Assembly (NCBI GenBank): GCA_048213135.1
Contig: PS015237.1
Coordinates: forward strand, 11,194 to 49,804
Source: Reclinomonas americana ATCC 50394
Taxonomy: Eukaryota
Direction: 5' to 3'
DNA: 38,611 bases
Below the pieces are notes generated by a model. The model searched no databases. It was not told the origin of the DNA and saw only the letters and a list, made by a program, of their open reading frames with translations. The position numbers and the translations under genes were made by a program. Shown piece after piece: positions 21,678-33,631 of the stretch. The stretch's first letter is position 1. Every line of letters starts with the position of its first letter.

Positions 21678-24600
21678 ATGTCACAGCAGCCGCCACGGGG
21701 GATCGCGACAGATGTTGCACACGTACCTCCATCAGCTGGTCCGTTGGCTCTGAAGCGCACATGATGGTGTTGGCGAGTCCATCTCACGCACTTGTCGCTC
21801 TTTATAATGCAGCTGCCGGTGCAGTCAGCATGAGTGCTCTCCTCGGCACGCACGTTGGTGTGTGCATCTTATGCTGGCTTGCGTATTTTGTTGCCGGCAG
21901 TGGTTCACTCACCGTCGCGCAGAGAATCGGTCTCCCAGCCGCTCACCACCCTCCAGCGGCACTGTGACTCCGGAGCGCTCACCGCATGGCAGTCCACGTC
22001 GTGGAACCGAATCGCCGCCTCCGCCACCACCACCGCCACCTCGTTACGTGCATGGTCAACTCAGCTCACGCACGCACAAACAACCGCTCAATGCGCAGTT
22101 GCTTCCATGCAGCTCCACTCTTTATCCGCGTGTCTGCCGATCGCCGGGGACTGTCGACAGCAGTGCTTACCGCACTCGACGCCAATGCGTCGCTTGCCGA
22201 CCTCCGTAAGGCCGTGTGTGGAGCCGATGCGCAAGCAGACGTGGAGTGTGTCGACGAGGCCACGGGTCGAGTGGACGTACTTGGCACGAATGCCGTTCGT
22301 CCTGCCCGCTGTCGCGAGTCCTCGTCTGCTGTTCGTATTCACATTGTGCTTTTTGCACAGGCGTGGCTCGCATTCAAGCATCGCATGGCCGGTGCTGGAT
22401 TCGACACCTCGCAGCTTGTTTTCCAGCCCTCTGCTGGTCGTGCATCTCGCGAAATCGGCAGTGGAATCGGGCCGGGTTCGCTGCCGCCGAGCGTGCAGGT
22501 GGACAGTGGCGCAATGCAAGTGCCGGGGCCATTGCGTGCCAGCTCTCTCACCGACGAACAGTTGCGTGCGTGCGCATGCATTGGCTGACGCGACACAGTT
22601 CTTGACATGGCGCGTTGCAGGGCCAACTTCTTCCGACAGACACACGCGCTGTTCGAGGTGTCGTTGCCAGTATTGCGTCGACTTGTGGAATCGCGCTACC
22701 GGGCGTTTGTGACGAAAATGCGCGGAGAGGACCCGCCATTCGACGGTCGCCACTGGTTCCTCAAGCCAGAAGAGCTGTACTGGAGGTTCGGTACAAGCAA
22801 CTCGTTTCCAGCGTCTCTTTCATTTTGCCTTCTTTTGCGCTGACTTGTGCGCATGGTAGATACAAACGCGCCGTGGCAGGTCCGGCGGGTGGCGTGGTGG
22901 AGCAGACAGTGACAGTGTCATTACCGGAGCACTCGGATGCGTTGCGCGAACTGGCCACTGCCGGCTCTGCACGACTGTTTGACCACACGTTTGCCAGTAG
23001 CTTCTTGCAGCGTGCTTGTTATAGACCCGCAAGTCGTACGGGCGCACGAAAGTGCAGTGCGGTCGAGTGTTTTGATTCGGCGACCGGGCATGATCGATTT
23101 GCGGAAATGCTAATCCCCGAAGACACTCTGGTGTGTGGGGCTCGCGTAGTGGTGTCGTTGCTCCTGCATTACTGCAGCTCATTTCTTGCGTGGTGTAGCG
23201 AACGGCAATTGCTCACGTGCAGCGGATACGCAACGACACGACGAGAGCGAAGGATATGAGTGTGCCTGTCGACGAGTATCGTGAAAACATGCGCGCCATC
23301 AAGAATCTACTGGAGCTGGCACACGACGAAGAGGCTCGTCGCAGATTACGCGAGATCCGACACGGTGCGACTGCGCTTGTCCGAGAGAGCATCTGCGTGG
23401 CCTCCAACTCAACTCACGTTTGCGTGCGCAGTCTCCGACTTGGACATCTCGTACGACGATCTGGCCGGCTGCCGAGCCAATCTCGCTCTCAACATTGTGC
23501 CACCGGAGGAACTCATTATCGACCGCGACATGATTCTCGGCGAAGGTGCGCGGCAGTGTGATGCTGGTTGACTGATTGCCCCCCGATGTTCACCGTCGAT
23601 CATCGCAGGCGCATTCAGCATTGTGTATGCCGCCGAGTGGCTCGGTCATCATGTGGCGGTTCGTGGTCCTGCGCGTCGATCGACGGCCTTCGCTGTGGTT
23701 GCGCTCACTGTATCTTGTATGTGTGCAGCTGAAGCAGTTCCGCTGTGGCTCTGGTCAGCGAGCAAAAGTCATGGAGGACATGATCAATGAGGCGACGGTG
23801 GCCATTACACTGGCATCGTGCGTTATCTCCCAGCAAAAAATAGTCTCGATTCTTCGATTATGACCAACTGACTTGATGCGCACAACACACAGCCACCCTG
23901 GCATCGCCACCATCTATGGGCTGGCCATAGATTTGCAGGAGGGACCTGGACTGATTGTGGAGCGTGTGAACGGAACCGATTTGGGTGCGCTGCTGTACGG
24001 CTCGAAGCGACGATCGTTTTCACCTGCAGAGGTTGGGAGAATGGCGATGCTGCAGCAAGTTGCTTGCGTTGACTGACCAGGATGACTCGTGTGCAGAAAC
24101 TGAGCATCTGTGGCCAAGTGGCGTCGACGCTCGAGTTCCTCGTTGCGTGTGTTGCTGCTGCATCGCGTGTGTTTGCTTTCCGGCCTTGACTTACGACACT
24201 CCGTGCGCCATGCAGCACGAGAATCGCATCATTCACCGCGACTTGAAACCCGAGAGTTGTGTGCAGTTGCATTACCGTCAACTAGTGCACTCCTGACACC
24301 CTGCTTGCGCAGATGTCATGGTGGAGCGCAACGGGACGGTCAAGTTGCTGGATTTCGGTCTGGCCAAGGTGCAGAGCACGTTGTCCACCATGTCGGGGAG
24401 CTTCCTCGGAACGCCTGGGTATATGGCGCCCGAGATCTGCATGCACCAGGTGAGAGCGAAGAGGAGCGGTGCGTTTTTTTCCTTTTGCTGACTGCTTCTG
24501 CAGCCGTACAACGAGAAGTGCGACTGCTACGCGTTGGGTATGTGTGCACCCCTGCCTCCTCGGTCCTCTGGTCACCTGCTCACTTCATTTCCATCAAAGG

Positions 24601-24905
24601 TGTGCTGATGTACGAGGTGTTTTCGGAACAACGCGCCTACGAGGGCATGAGTGGCCTGCAGGTGATCACGGACATTGTGGCCGGCAAAACACCCGAGCAT
24701 CGACACAACCTCGCAGCACTACCGCCGCCCATTGCACGCATCATTTCCGCCTGCTGGGTACGTGTATCACGGCTCCCGTATCTCTCGCAATGGGAGAAAT
24801 CAGGCACTGATATCTATGTTCTCACACACACTGTCGCAGCATGCAAATGTCAGCAAACGACCGTCGGCTGCCGAGGTTCGACAAGCACTGGCCAGCTTGG
24901 GATGA
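21678..24905 (+). CDS. TKL/Raf-like protein kinase with upstream PB1-like and DZIP3-type HEPN-like domains (start uncertain)
   Basis: Spliced kinase motifs [52 protein letters not shown] and KRPS. Upstream segments [18 protein letters not shown] and RIRND. Confidence 0.85.
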
Positions 24906-25278
24906 GAGAGTGTGTGAGAGACAAGCATTGTAAAACATCCGCCATTTTGCGCCGTAATTTACACCACACCTTTATTCCTTGCACAAGAGAGAGAGGAGTG
25001 CGCTCCGTCTGTGTGCGTGCTTGCGTGAGAAGAACACACGCACACACACACACACACAGGATAAAGAGAGAAGAGAGAAAGAGGAGAGAGTGCGCGTCTC
25101 GAGTTGTCAAACATGTCAGAGACGCCACCTCTCACAGACTCCATTCACGGCTCCTCACTGGCCCTTCGCCGACGATCAGTTGCGTGTCACCTCCCCACAC
25201 ACACACAGAGCGCGCGCGTGTGCGTGCGAGAAAAACAAGTCATGACACACACATATACTGTCACAGTCGACCACATTC

Positions 25279-28200
25279 ATGTCGGCCTCGTCCCTCCCGC
25301 TGCAACGCAAGTCGTCCATGCCAGCTTCACAACTCGCCGCTGCCGCCGCCGCCGCCTCTGCAGCAGCAACAACCACCACCACAACCACACGGCGACCTCT
25401 GCGCAGACAGGCCAGTGATCGCTCACTCGGCGAGGGCAGTCTCGCAGGCAGCAGTGGCTCGGTGGTGATCAAGCGCGTCTCCATGGACTTGCCCGAGGCC
25501 GAGATGGTGTCGACTCCGACGTCGTCGGATGGACTGACGCCGACGGGAGGCGGGCCGGTGACGCCCTTTGATGATGCCGAGTATCAGCAGGCGATGCGAC
25601 TGATGGGGCGGCGCCGCTCGTCGCTGACGGCGTTGCCGCTGAATGGACTGCCGGTGAGCCTGTTGGTGTCGTCGGTGGCGTCGGTGTTGCCCAAGGACGC
25701 GGGGAAGACGGCCGCGGAGATGCAACAGCAGTCATGTTGCGGCTGTTGAAGAGAGTATCTCTCTTGGTATTCTGTCTCGTGACCAACATCTGTGCGCAGC
25801 GCATCATCGGACGACGCGTTCGTTGACGGTGTTTGGCTCGTCGTCGTCGACGACGCGGTCGCCACGGACGTCGCCCAGATCGACGCCGCGTACGACTCCC
25901 AAGTCGACGCCGCGCGCCTCGCCCGTGTCGAGTCCGCGCAGTTCACCGGTGAATGTGTCGCCGTTCTCGCCGGCGCGCATGTTGCGTGTGAGGGGTGTCT
26001 TGTCTCTCTTGTTTATTAGCCTTTGTGTGACATTGCGTGTCAGTGTGGACTCGACGGCGGCTCCACCAGTGCCGTCGTTCGCGGCCGATCTGGTGTGCAC
26101 TCTGCGTGGTCACACGGCTGCGGTGACGTCGCTCAGCTGGCACCCGCGGGAACTGTGTCTGGCCAGTGGCTCCAAGGATTGTTCGGTGCGCCACTGGGAT
26201 CTGTCGATGATGTCGTCCGCGGTGCCGAGTCAGGTGGTGGGCGAGCACGCCGACGCTGTAGATTCGGTCGAATTCTCCGCGGTCGACGGCATGTGCATCA
26301 TGGTGCGCCTGTGTCACTCGCGTTACGTACGTGCACACCACGCTGTGCTGACTGCTGTTGCTGCTGTTGTTGCAGTCGAGTTCTGGCGACAAGGTGGTGA
26401 AAATGTGGAGCGGAGTCGGCAGCCTGACACCGTCCGTCACCGTGCTGCCGGATCTCGGGCAACTGGCGACACTGGCCCCAAATGGCGACCTCGTGGCCGC
26501 CCGTGGTGCCAACCAGGAGAGCAGCACCATCCGTCTGTACAAGACCAGTGCCGGCGGCAAGAACGTGGGCTCGCTCCGTGGACACACACGCGGTGTGCTG
26601 CACTTGGCGTTTTCGCCCAGCGGCCAGCAGCTGCTCTCCGTGTCCTCTGACAACACTGGTCGTCTGTGGAGCGTGGCGCAGCGCACTTGTGTGCATGTGC
26701 TGGAGGGACACACCAACTGGGTGTGGTGAGTGAGCCGTGTTCTTGATCACACACAGGGTGGTTATCATTCTCACCGTGGAACTCATGTCACAGGGGCGGT
26801 TGCTTCTCCCCCATGGGAACCCGCGTCGCGACCTCGTCGGGTGACAAGTCGATTCGATTGTTGCGTGGATGGGAGGAGAACAGCACTTGCTTCGTGGTTT
26901 GTGCTTTCCGTTCTCACTCGGACGTGATATTGCAGGTGGGACACGGTGACTGGCGCCTGTGACATGGTTCTTCTGGGTCACGATGCGGCAGTGCGCGACG
27001 TCCGCTGGGATCCGATCGGGCCGTACTTGCTCACCAGCTGTTGCGTCCGTGGTGTTCTTGTTTGCTGTGTCGATTCACTCACCTTTCCCCCTCCACACAG
27101 CCGACGATTCCACGTTGCGCTCTCACCGCACATTAGATCTCCTGCCTCTGCTCACTCGCTCACCACTTCTACACAGTGTGCGCATCTGGCACTCCGAGTC
27201 TGGAGTGTGTCTGACCTTTGTCTCGGCGGTGGACTCCAGCATATCGGCCGTCGCCTGGGCCGACGACGGCATTCACTTTGCCATGGCGAGCGCGAAACAC
27301 ATTGGCGTGTTTGAGATTGATGCTGCTCGAGTGACGGCGCAGGGAGTGCCGACACCCGAGGTGCGTGTCGACGATTGCGGCTCATGTTTGGTGGTGGAGT
27401 TCGACACGTCGTCGCTGCCGCCGCGAGCTTCGGTGCGACTGGTGGTGCAGCGAGAGCGAGCATCTGGGTCACCGGCGCCGGATATCGGTACGAATTCTTC
27501 ATTTCTCCACTCCTTGATATCGGATCTCTGACTGATTGACGCACACCAGTGTTGGAGCCGCAAGAGTTTGTGCCGCTGAGCGGTCACGGTCGCTTTGGAT
27601 GCTTCGTGGCGGTGCCCGAGGAAGGCTCCGTGCGTCTCCGACTGGAGGCCCGCGGTCGCCCCAAGCACCGTGCTTCCGACATTGATCAGTCGCTCTTCTC
27701 TCCGTCGCCGTCTGTCGCCTCGCCCACCAATGACGAACCGTGGTCGGAGGGGCAGTGGGTCCATGCGACTGTCCGTGCAGGTACGCGCACCTGTGTTTGC
27801 TTCGGTGTTTGTGAACGCACGATGCTGAAGGAGATGCTTTCTCGTGATCAGGGTACTTGCACCTGCGCGCGCGTGCAGTCAGTCCTTTCAGCGTTTCAGT
27901 GAGCTGGAACAGCGATGCGTTCCGCTCCATTACACGTCGCGCACCGTGGGTGAACGAGTGCAGACGAGTGCCCACGGCATTGCCACTTGAGGACTCCCGA
28001 TTGTTGCGCACCTCGCATGCAGTGTGCGCTCTGTTCACAACAAACAAAACTGACTTTCTTTCGGTGTGTGTGTATGCACAGATCGTGCAAAGTCATCAGT
28101 ATGCGAGACGAGGCCGTTGTGTTCCATCAGCACGATGTGCGTCCATTCACTGACTCCATCACGGCGTCACGACTGCTGCCGGGCACTCGGTACCGCGTGG

Positions 28201-29610
28201 AACTCGGCCTTGCGGGTTGCACGCGACCGGCGGAGGTCGTCACTGTCGACACGCCCGAGCTGCCGGCACCCTCCGAGTCGCCGCTGGCCGAGTGTGCGGC
28301 TCTGATGGAGAAGGTTGGTTGCGAGAGATGCCGTGTCACAGGCGACCGTCTTCTTTTTGTTGATGGCATGTGTAGATTTCATCCTGGATGACGCCGCTCT
28401 CTGGCGGCAGTGTCTCCGCACTCCACTCGTATCGCACCCGTCGCCGAAGCAGGTAGCGTACTGCTCATCTGTCGCACCTTTTATTGGCGCGTGCTGTTCA
28501 CTCACTTCCACGCAGTGCGTCGACGCAACTGAAGCGCATGGCCACCAAGGACGCTCCCGACGGTCCCACTGACGCCGGTGCCTCGGATGCCGATGCTGCC
28601 GCAACGGCCAACACTCGCGATGTGGCGCGTATGATTCTCACCCGCACACACAGTGTGGCCGACGAGTGCGACTCGCGGTTGGCCGAGGGTCTGCTGAACC
28701 ACAAGGGCACGGCGGAGATTGGCGGCGAGTTCGCCGACCTTCTGTCTGCCAACCTCGGCGACCTGTCGCAACAAGCCGTGGCGGCGGGGCAAGCGCTGAC
28801 CGCTGTGGCGGCCACGGAGGATGGCGTGCAATACGTGACACCGGCCACCGCGGCGGCCTGCGCACGCAGTCGATTGCGTGCGTCGGGCGCAGCATGTGCG
28901 CTGTCCGTTGAGCCGTGGGAGGCACGGCGCTCGGATCGCGACATGCCGGTCGCCTGGCAGGATGTGCAGGGCAAGTGCAGACAGCTGTCGGAGGTGGCAC
29001 ACGAAGCCGCGCAGCAATTGGCACAGTCGCTTGCGAATCTGCACACCCAGGTGTCGGAGGTCCGCCGCACCAGCACCACCCGACGAGAGCAGCTCGAGGC
29101 TGAACTGGCGCGCATCCAGCGAGAGCTGGAGACCGAGACCATCAAGGTCAGACGCAGTTGCTCGCGACTCTGTGTTATTTTTCTCGTTCCCTTATTCCTT
29201 TCGACTCTTGTGACAGCTCAAGTACGCCGACGGTCTCGACGCCATCCTCAGCAGCCATCAGAAGCGGGTCGACGGACAAGTCGACGCGCTGGCGAACCGT
29301 GCTGCAACTCTCCGCACTGCTGCCCAGATGCCCGAGGTTTGCCTCGCCCACCCACTTGTCTGTTCTTTCCCCCTTTTTATTGCTGACCGCGTCGTCCACG
29401 CAGTGGTTCTGCGCTCGCCTCAGCACCCTCAGCGACGAATGCCTTCGCTTGTGGAACCAGTGGAAATCCAACGAACAAACCACGCTGCTCCCGCAACACG
29501 CCTCCTCTCTCCTACAAGCACTAGACTCCGCCGATTCCACCACAGGCGCCGACACGGACGCACTTCGGGCAGAACTTCGTTTGGTCGCGTCCCGAGGGAC
29601 AAACTCATGA
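25279..29610 (+). CDS. WD40-repeat + FN3-like + coiled-coil protein (paralog 1)
   Basis: S/P-rich N-terminus; repeated LxGH...SxSxDxxxRxW units; FN3-like VSWN...LLPGTRYRVEL; heptad-rich C-terminus. About 14 introns including a 13-nt microexon. Confidence 0.85.
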
Positions 29611-29682
29611 ATGAACCCCATTGTCCACTCGCGAGCAATTCGGATATCTTGAGATTACACACACAAACAGAGCGCGACAGAG

Positions 29683-32600
29683 ATGAGGCGCCGCGCAGTG
29701 TCACTGGCAGTCACACTGCTGCTGCTGCTCATCTGTGTGGGTGCACTGGTGTCTGGTGAGTGCCACACGGACACACGTGCGTGTGAGTGTTGCCACTCAC
29801 CCTCTTGCACGCGCGCAGTGGCAAACGCGAAAAAGTCAAAGAAGGCGCCCTTATCCTCCAACAAGCTGGATGTGGCCGCACGTCAGCACGAGCAGGTGAA
29901 GCGCGCACAGGCCGAGCTTGACGCAGAGAGGGCCAAGTCGGGCAAGAAGCAGAAGAAGGCGGTGTTGGGTCCGGCGGCTCCGGAGGCCGACGAGGCCGAT
30001 GATCCAGCGCGACAGGAGGCCGAGGACCGGCTGAGAGACTTTGGAGCGGAGCATCGTATGCACAATCCGCAGCCGTCGCCTCTGGTGCCGCGTGGGAAGA
30101 ACGAGGGCGACGATGAGATGCCGAATCGCAACCCGAATACCCCGGAGGATGGCATTGTGCCGCACAAGCAGTTGCGACAAAGAAAGAGGCTGAGCGTTTC
30201 GTTGCTGTTGTTGTGCAGTTTCGTGACGCATGTGTTTTTTGTAGTGTGCGTCGCTCGCTGCTGGACTATGTGGAGCGCAAGATGGCGTTTGATCGCTCCG
30301 GTTGCGCCTTCCCTGGCGAGCAGCGTCTGTGCATTGGTCGTATTACCGAGTACTACCAGCAGGTTTGTGCCTGTGTCTGTGTGCGCGCGCGCAGCAATGT
30401 CTTGCTTGTACTGAGAAAGAAGTGATTTTCCTTTGTGTTTCTCTCCAGGTGGTCTCCGGTATCATGCACTACCTGACGGTGGAGATGGGAGGCGAGCTTC
30501 TGGAGGTGCAGATCCACGAGCACCCGGCCAGTGAGCAGGCTGAAAAGTGCGCTGGCTTGCTGCTGATTCGTGTCACTTGGTGGTCGCCGAGGCCTGATTG
30601 CTTGTCGCAGGCATCACATGCAGTCGATTGACATTCCGCCGCGCCAGCAATTCTACGAGCTGATCAGTGTGGCGCGCCCTGGTCAGGACCCGCCACCGAC
30701 TGGCTTCTTTGATCCGTCGGCACCGCGCCTGCCGGAGAAGCAGAATGGTCCCAGCGAGCCGCCGGCCACTGTGCCTGGCGGTGTGCCGACCACCACCCCT
30801 CCGCCCGGCTCCGCACCAACCATGGCTCGCCTGCGCCGTGAGGTGCACGGCTGCATGCTGGCGTTTGATCGCGCTCGCGAGGCACAGGCTTGCCGTCGCC
30901 GCAAGCTGTACGTGGCCGAGAACGTGAACCTGACACGTTTCTCCAACATGCCCGCCGCACTCAATCCCGCCTCGGCGCTGACCACTGCCGCCACTGCGCT
31001 GGCGGAGACCTCATCTGCCGAGGCCGCCTCGCGTATTGTCTCGCAGGAGCAGCTGCTGCAGCTCAGCACAAAAGTGCTGCCGTCGTCGTTCTCGTGGGTG
31101 CCGGCACTGAAGAAGCTCAACTGCCACTGGATCATGAACCAGAAGGGCTGCGGCTCCAGCTGGGCTTTTGCCGCCGCCACCGTGCTCAGCACTGGCATGT
31201 GTGTGCGCACCAAGGTCGGTGGAGCTGTGTGTGTGGGCACGAAAGGGGAGTTTTCACTCACACCTCTCCCTTCACCAACAGGGCGCCGTGCGTCAAGTGG
31301 TGTCGCCTCAAGATATCGTGTCGTGCACCTCTCCCGCCGGCTGCAGCGGTGGCTCTGCCTGGGAGGTGTTCCAGCGCATGGACCCCGGTGCCGGCAGCAA
31401 GGATCATCCGTGGAAGGCACGTACTCCAGGTGTTTTCTTGTCTTTCTTTCGCGTGGCGGTTGATCTGACTGCTGTTGTGCAACAAATCACAGACACTTGC
31501 CGCTCAGTGCCACCCCTACTCGGCTCGCGACGCCGCACAGGGCGACACGTGCGAAAACATCAATCGCAAGGGCGTATGCGAGCAGCCGCGGTTGTACGGT
31601 TCGTGTTGTGAAGATACGTTGGTGCTGGCCGGTGAAACTCACAGAAGGAGCGCGCAGGTGGCACACACCCGGTGATGATGGAGAAGATCCGCGATGGTCA
31701 CCCAGAGGATGCCATGCACTTGCGTGCACTCATCTGGCACTGGGGACCACTGGCGGTGCGCTTTGACGTGTTCGAGGACCTGCTTACTGTTGCGTCGCGC
31801 GGCATCACACACATGATGGGAGTGTCGGTACTCACTGGCAAATCATCCCGCAGTATGAGAAGGGCATCTACCGCCCGACCACCGACAAGCGCGTGGGACC
31901 CCATGTGCGTCGCACTTGGAGATTTCCTTGCACTGAGAGAACTTGAGTTGTTGACGTGCCCCTGTTGCGCAGGCTGCTGTTATTCTCGGATGGGGCATTG
32001 ACGCCGATGAGACACCGTTCTGGATCCTGCAAAACTCTTGGTGTGTATTGTCGGGTGGATGTGCTTGGTTGTGTGTGGTGGTAGTGGTGCTCAACAAGAA
32101 CCGCGACTGCAGGGGCAAGCACTTTGGTGAGGAGGGCATTTTCCGCATCGAGCGCACCATCGAGACGGAGACGATGCTCAACCTGCGCCACTTTGCGTGC
32201 GTTCTTCGTGCCTCACCGTGTCATCAACGTCCACAAATTGTGCACTGACAGTGATCACGCGCAGTACCATTGAACAAAGCTGGACGCCGACGTGCCCGAG
32301 CGAGTGCCGCAACGGCTACCAGGATTCCAAGTGCAAGTGCTTCTGCCAGCTGGGTTTCACCGGCGAGAATTGCGATGGTTTGCTGTTGCATGTTGTGTGT
32401 GTGGTCTGCTTGCTTGGCTCTCCACCATTCACTGACGTGGCGCGCCCTCCTACGCAGTGTGCTCGCTGCAATGCGAAAACAATGGCACACTTCAGCAAGA
32501 CTCGTGCAAGTGCAAGTGCCCGATTGGTTTCCGCGGACGCAGCTGCCAACAAGGTCAGTCTTACATGCAGCTTTGCCCATGTGGTGCCGCGCCCTCACAC

Positions 32601-33474
32601 CACTGTTGCCACAAAAAAACAGGCATTGAGATTGTGTCCGTCACGGGCGAGGTCGACAACGAGTCGGTGTGGCCACTGCCGCCGTTCAAGTTGTCGAAGA
32701 AAGCCCGCAAGCGCCGCAACAAGCACAAGATCCGCCCATGGGACAAGCCACCGACCAATGCGGCGGACGAGTTCCCACCGGGCTCGAAGCGCGTCAAGCT
32801 GCCGAAGCGACCGGACGGCTCGGAGCCATTCGCCGACCCGTCGCTGACCGCCGAGCAGCGTCGCGCAATGGACCGCAAGAGCATGTTTGCTCCCGAGCCA
32901 TTCCTGCGCACGGTGCCGGGTGAGGGACGCATTGTTCCGACTCCCATTCGCGGCGAGAACAAGATCGAGTTCCGTCTGCGCTTCTCCAACATTAGCATCA
33001 GCGAAATGGTTTGTTTTCTTGGTGAAACTGTGCTTGCAGTCCCCGGTTCTTGCGTCGCCTGACCCGTTCTTGCCGATCACAGGATAAGATTTACATTGTC
33101 GAGCGAGACGAGGGTGCCATTGGCGACTACATCAAGAAGTACCAGTTCGTGCACCCCGCATACCCAGACAAGTTCGAGTTGTTGCTGCACGTTTACGCCA
33201 CTCGGTTGCACCGCAAGGGGCACTACAAGGTTTGCATGACGCCAAATGACGATCTGTTCTTGCGCGCATGTCTCACGCCTCCCCGTCTCTCTCTCTCTCT
33301 CTTTGCAGCTCATCCTCTCCAAGTTCCGCGGCTTCAATCGTTTCGGTGAGTCGACACACGCCACTTCTGTGCTTGTCTGTGCATTTCGAACTGATATCGT
33401 AACTCCCGAAACAAACAGGGCGGGAACGTGACTGGGATCCCGAGTACATTGTGGTGCCATTCACGCTGGCATGA
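29683..33474 (+). CDS. Secreted papain-family (C1A) protease homologue with catalytic Cys>Ser, N-terminal cystatin-like domain and C-terminal EGF-like repeats
   Basis: Signal peptide; QQVVSG; LPSSFSW, NQKGCGSSWAF, SPQDIVSC, GCSGG, WGPLAV, YEKGIY, GPHAAVILGWG, WILQNSWG; then CxCxxGFTGENC and CxCxxGFRGRSC. Confidence 0.87.
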
Positions 33475-33631
33475 GGCGGCTCTGGCTGCGTCAATGTCGA
33501 TACGCAGAAACTTCATGTATTGTCATCAAAGTAAACAAAAAGAGAAACACAAGTACACAGCCGCGAGGGGGAGAAGATGATTGGCAGCAAATTCGATCGC
33601 CAACCTGCTCAACCGATCAAAACGCAGGTCC

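Noticed and set aside
24142-24312. Non-canonical TT-starting introns (G|TTGCGT with a slid acceptor)
   Set aside because: Sliding by one base turns the conserved kinase EFLH into EFLD and DLKPEN into DLKPES, so GT-AG boundaries fit better.
30189-30244. GC donor AG|GCTGAG in the protease-like gene
   Set aside because: The upstream CA|GTTGCGA donor at 30171 gives the same phase, a typical 74-nt length and the dominant motif.
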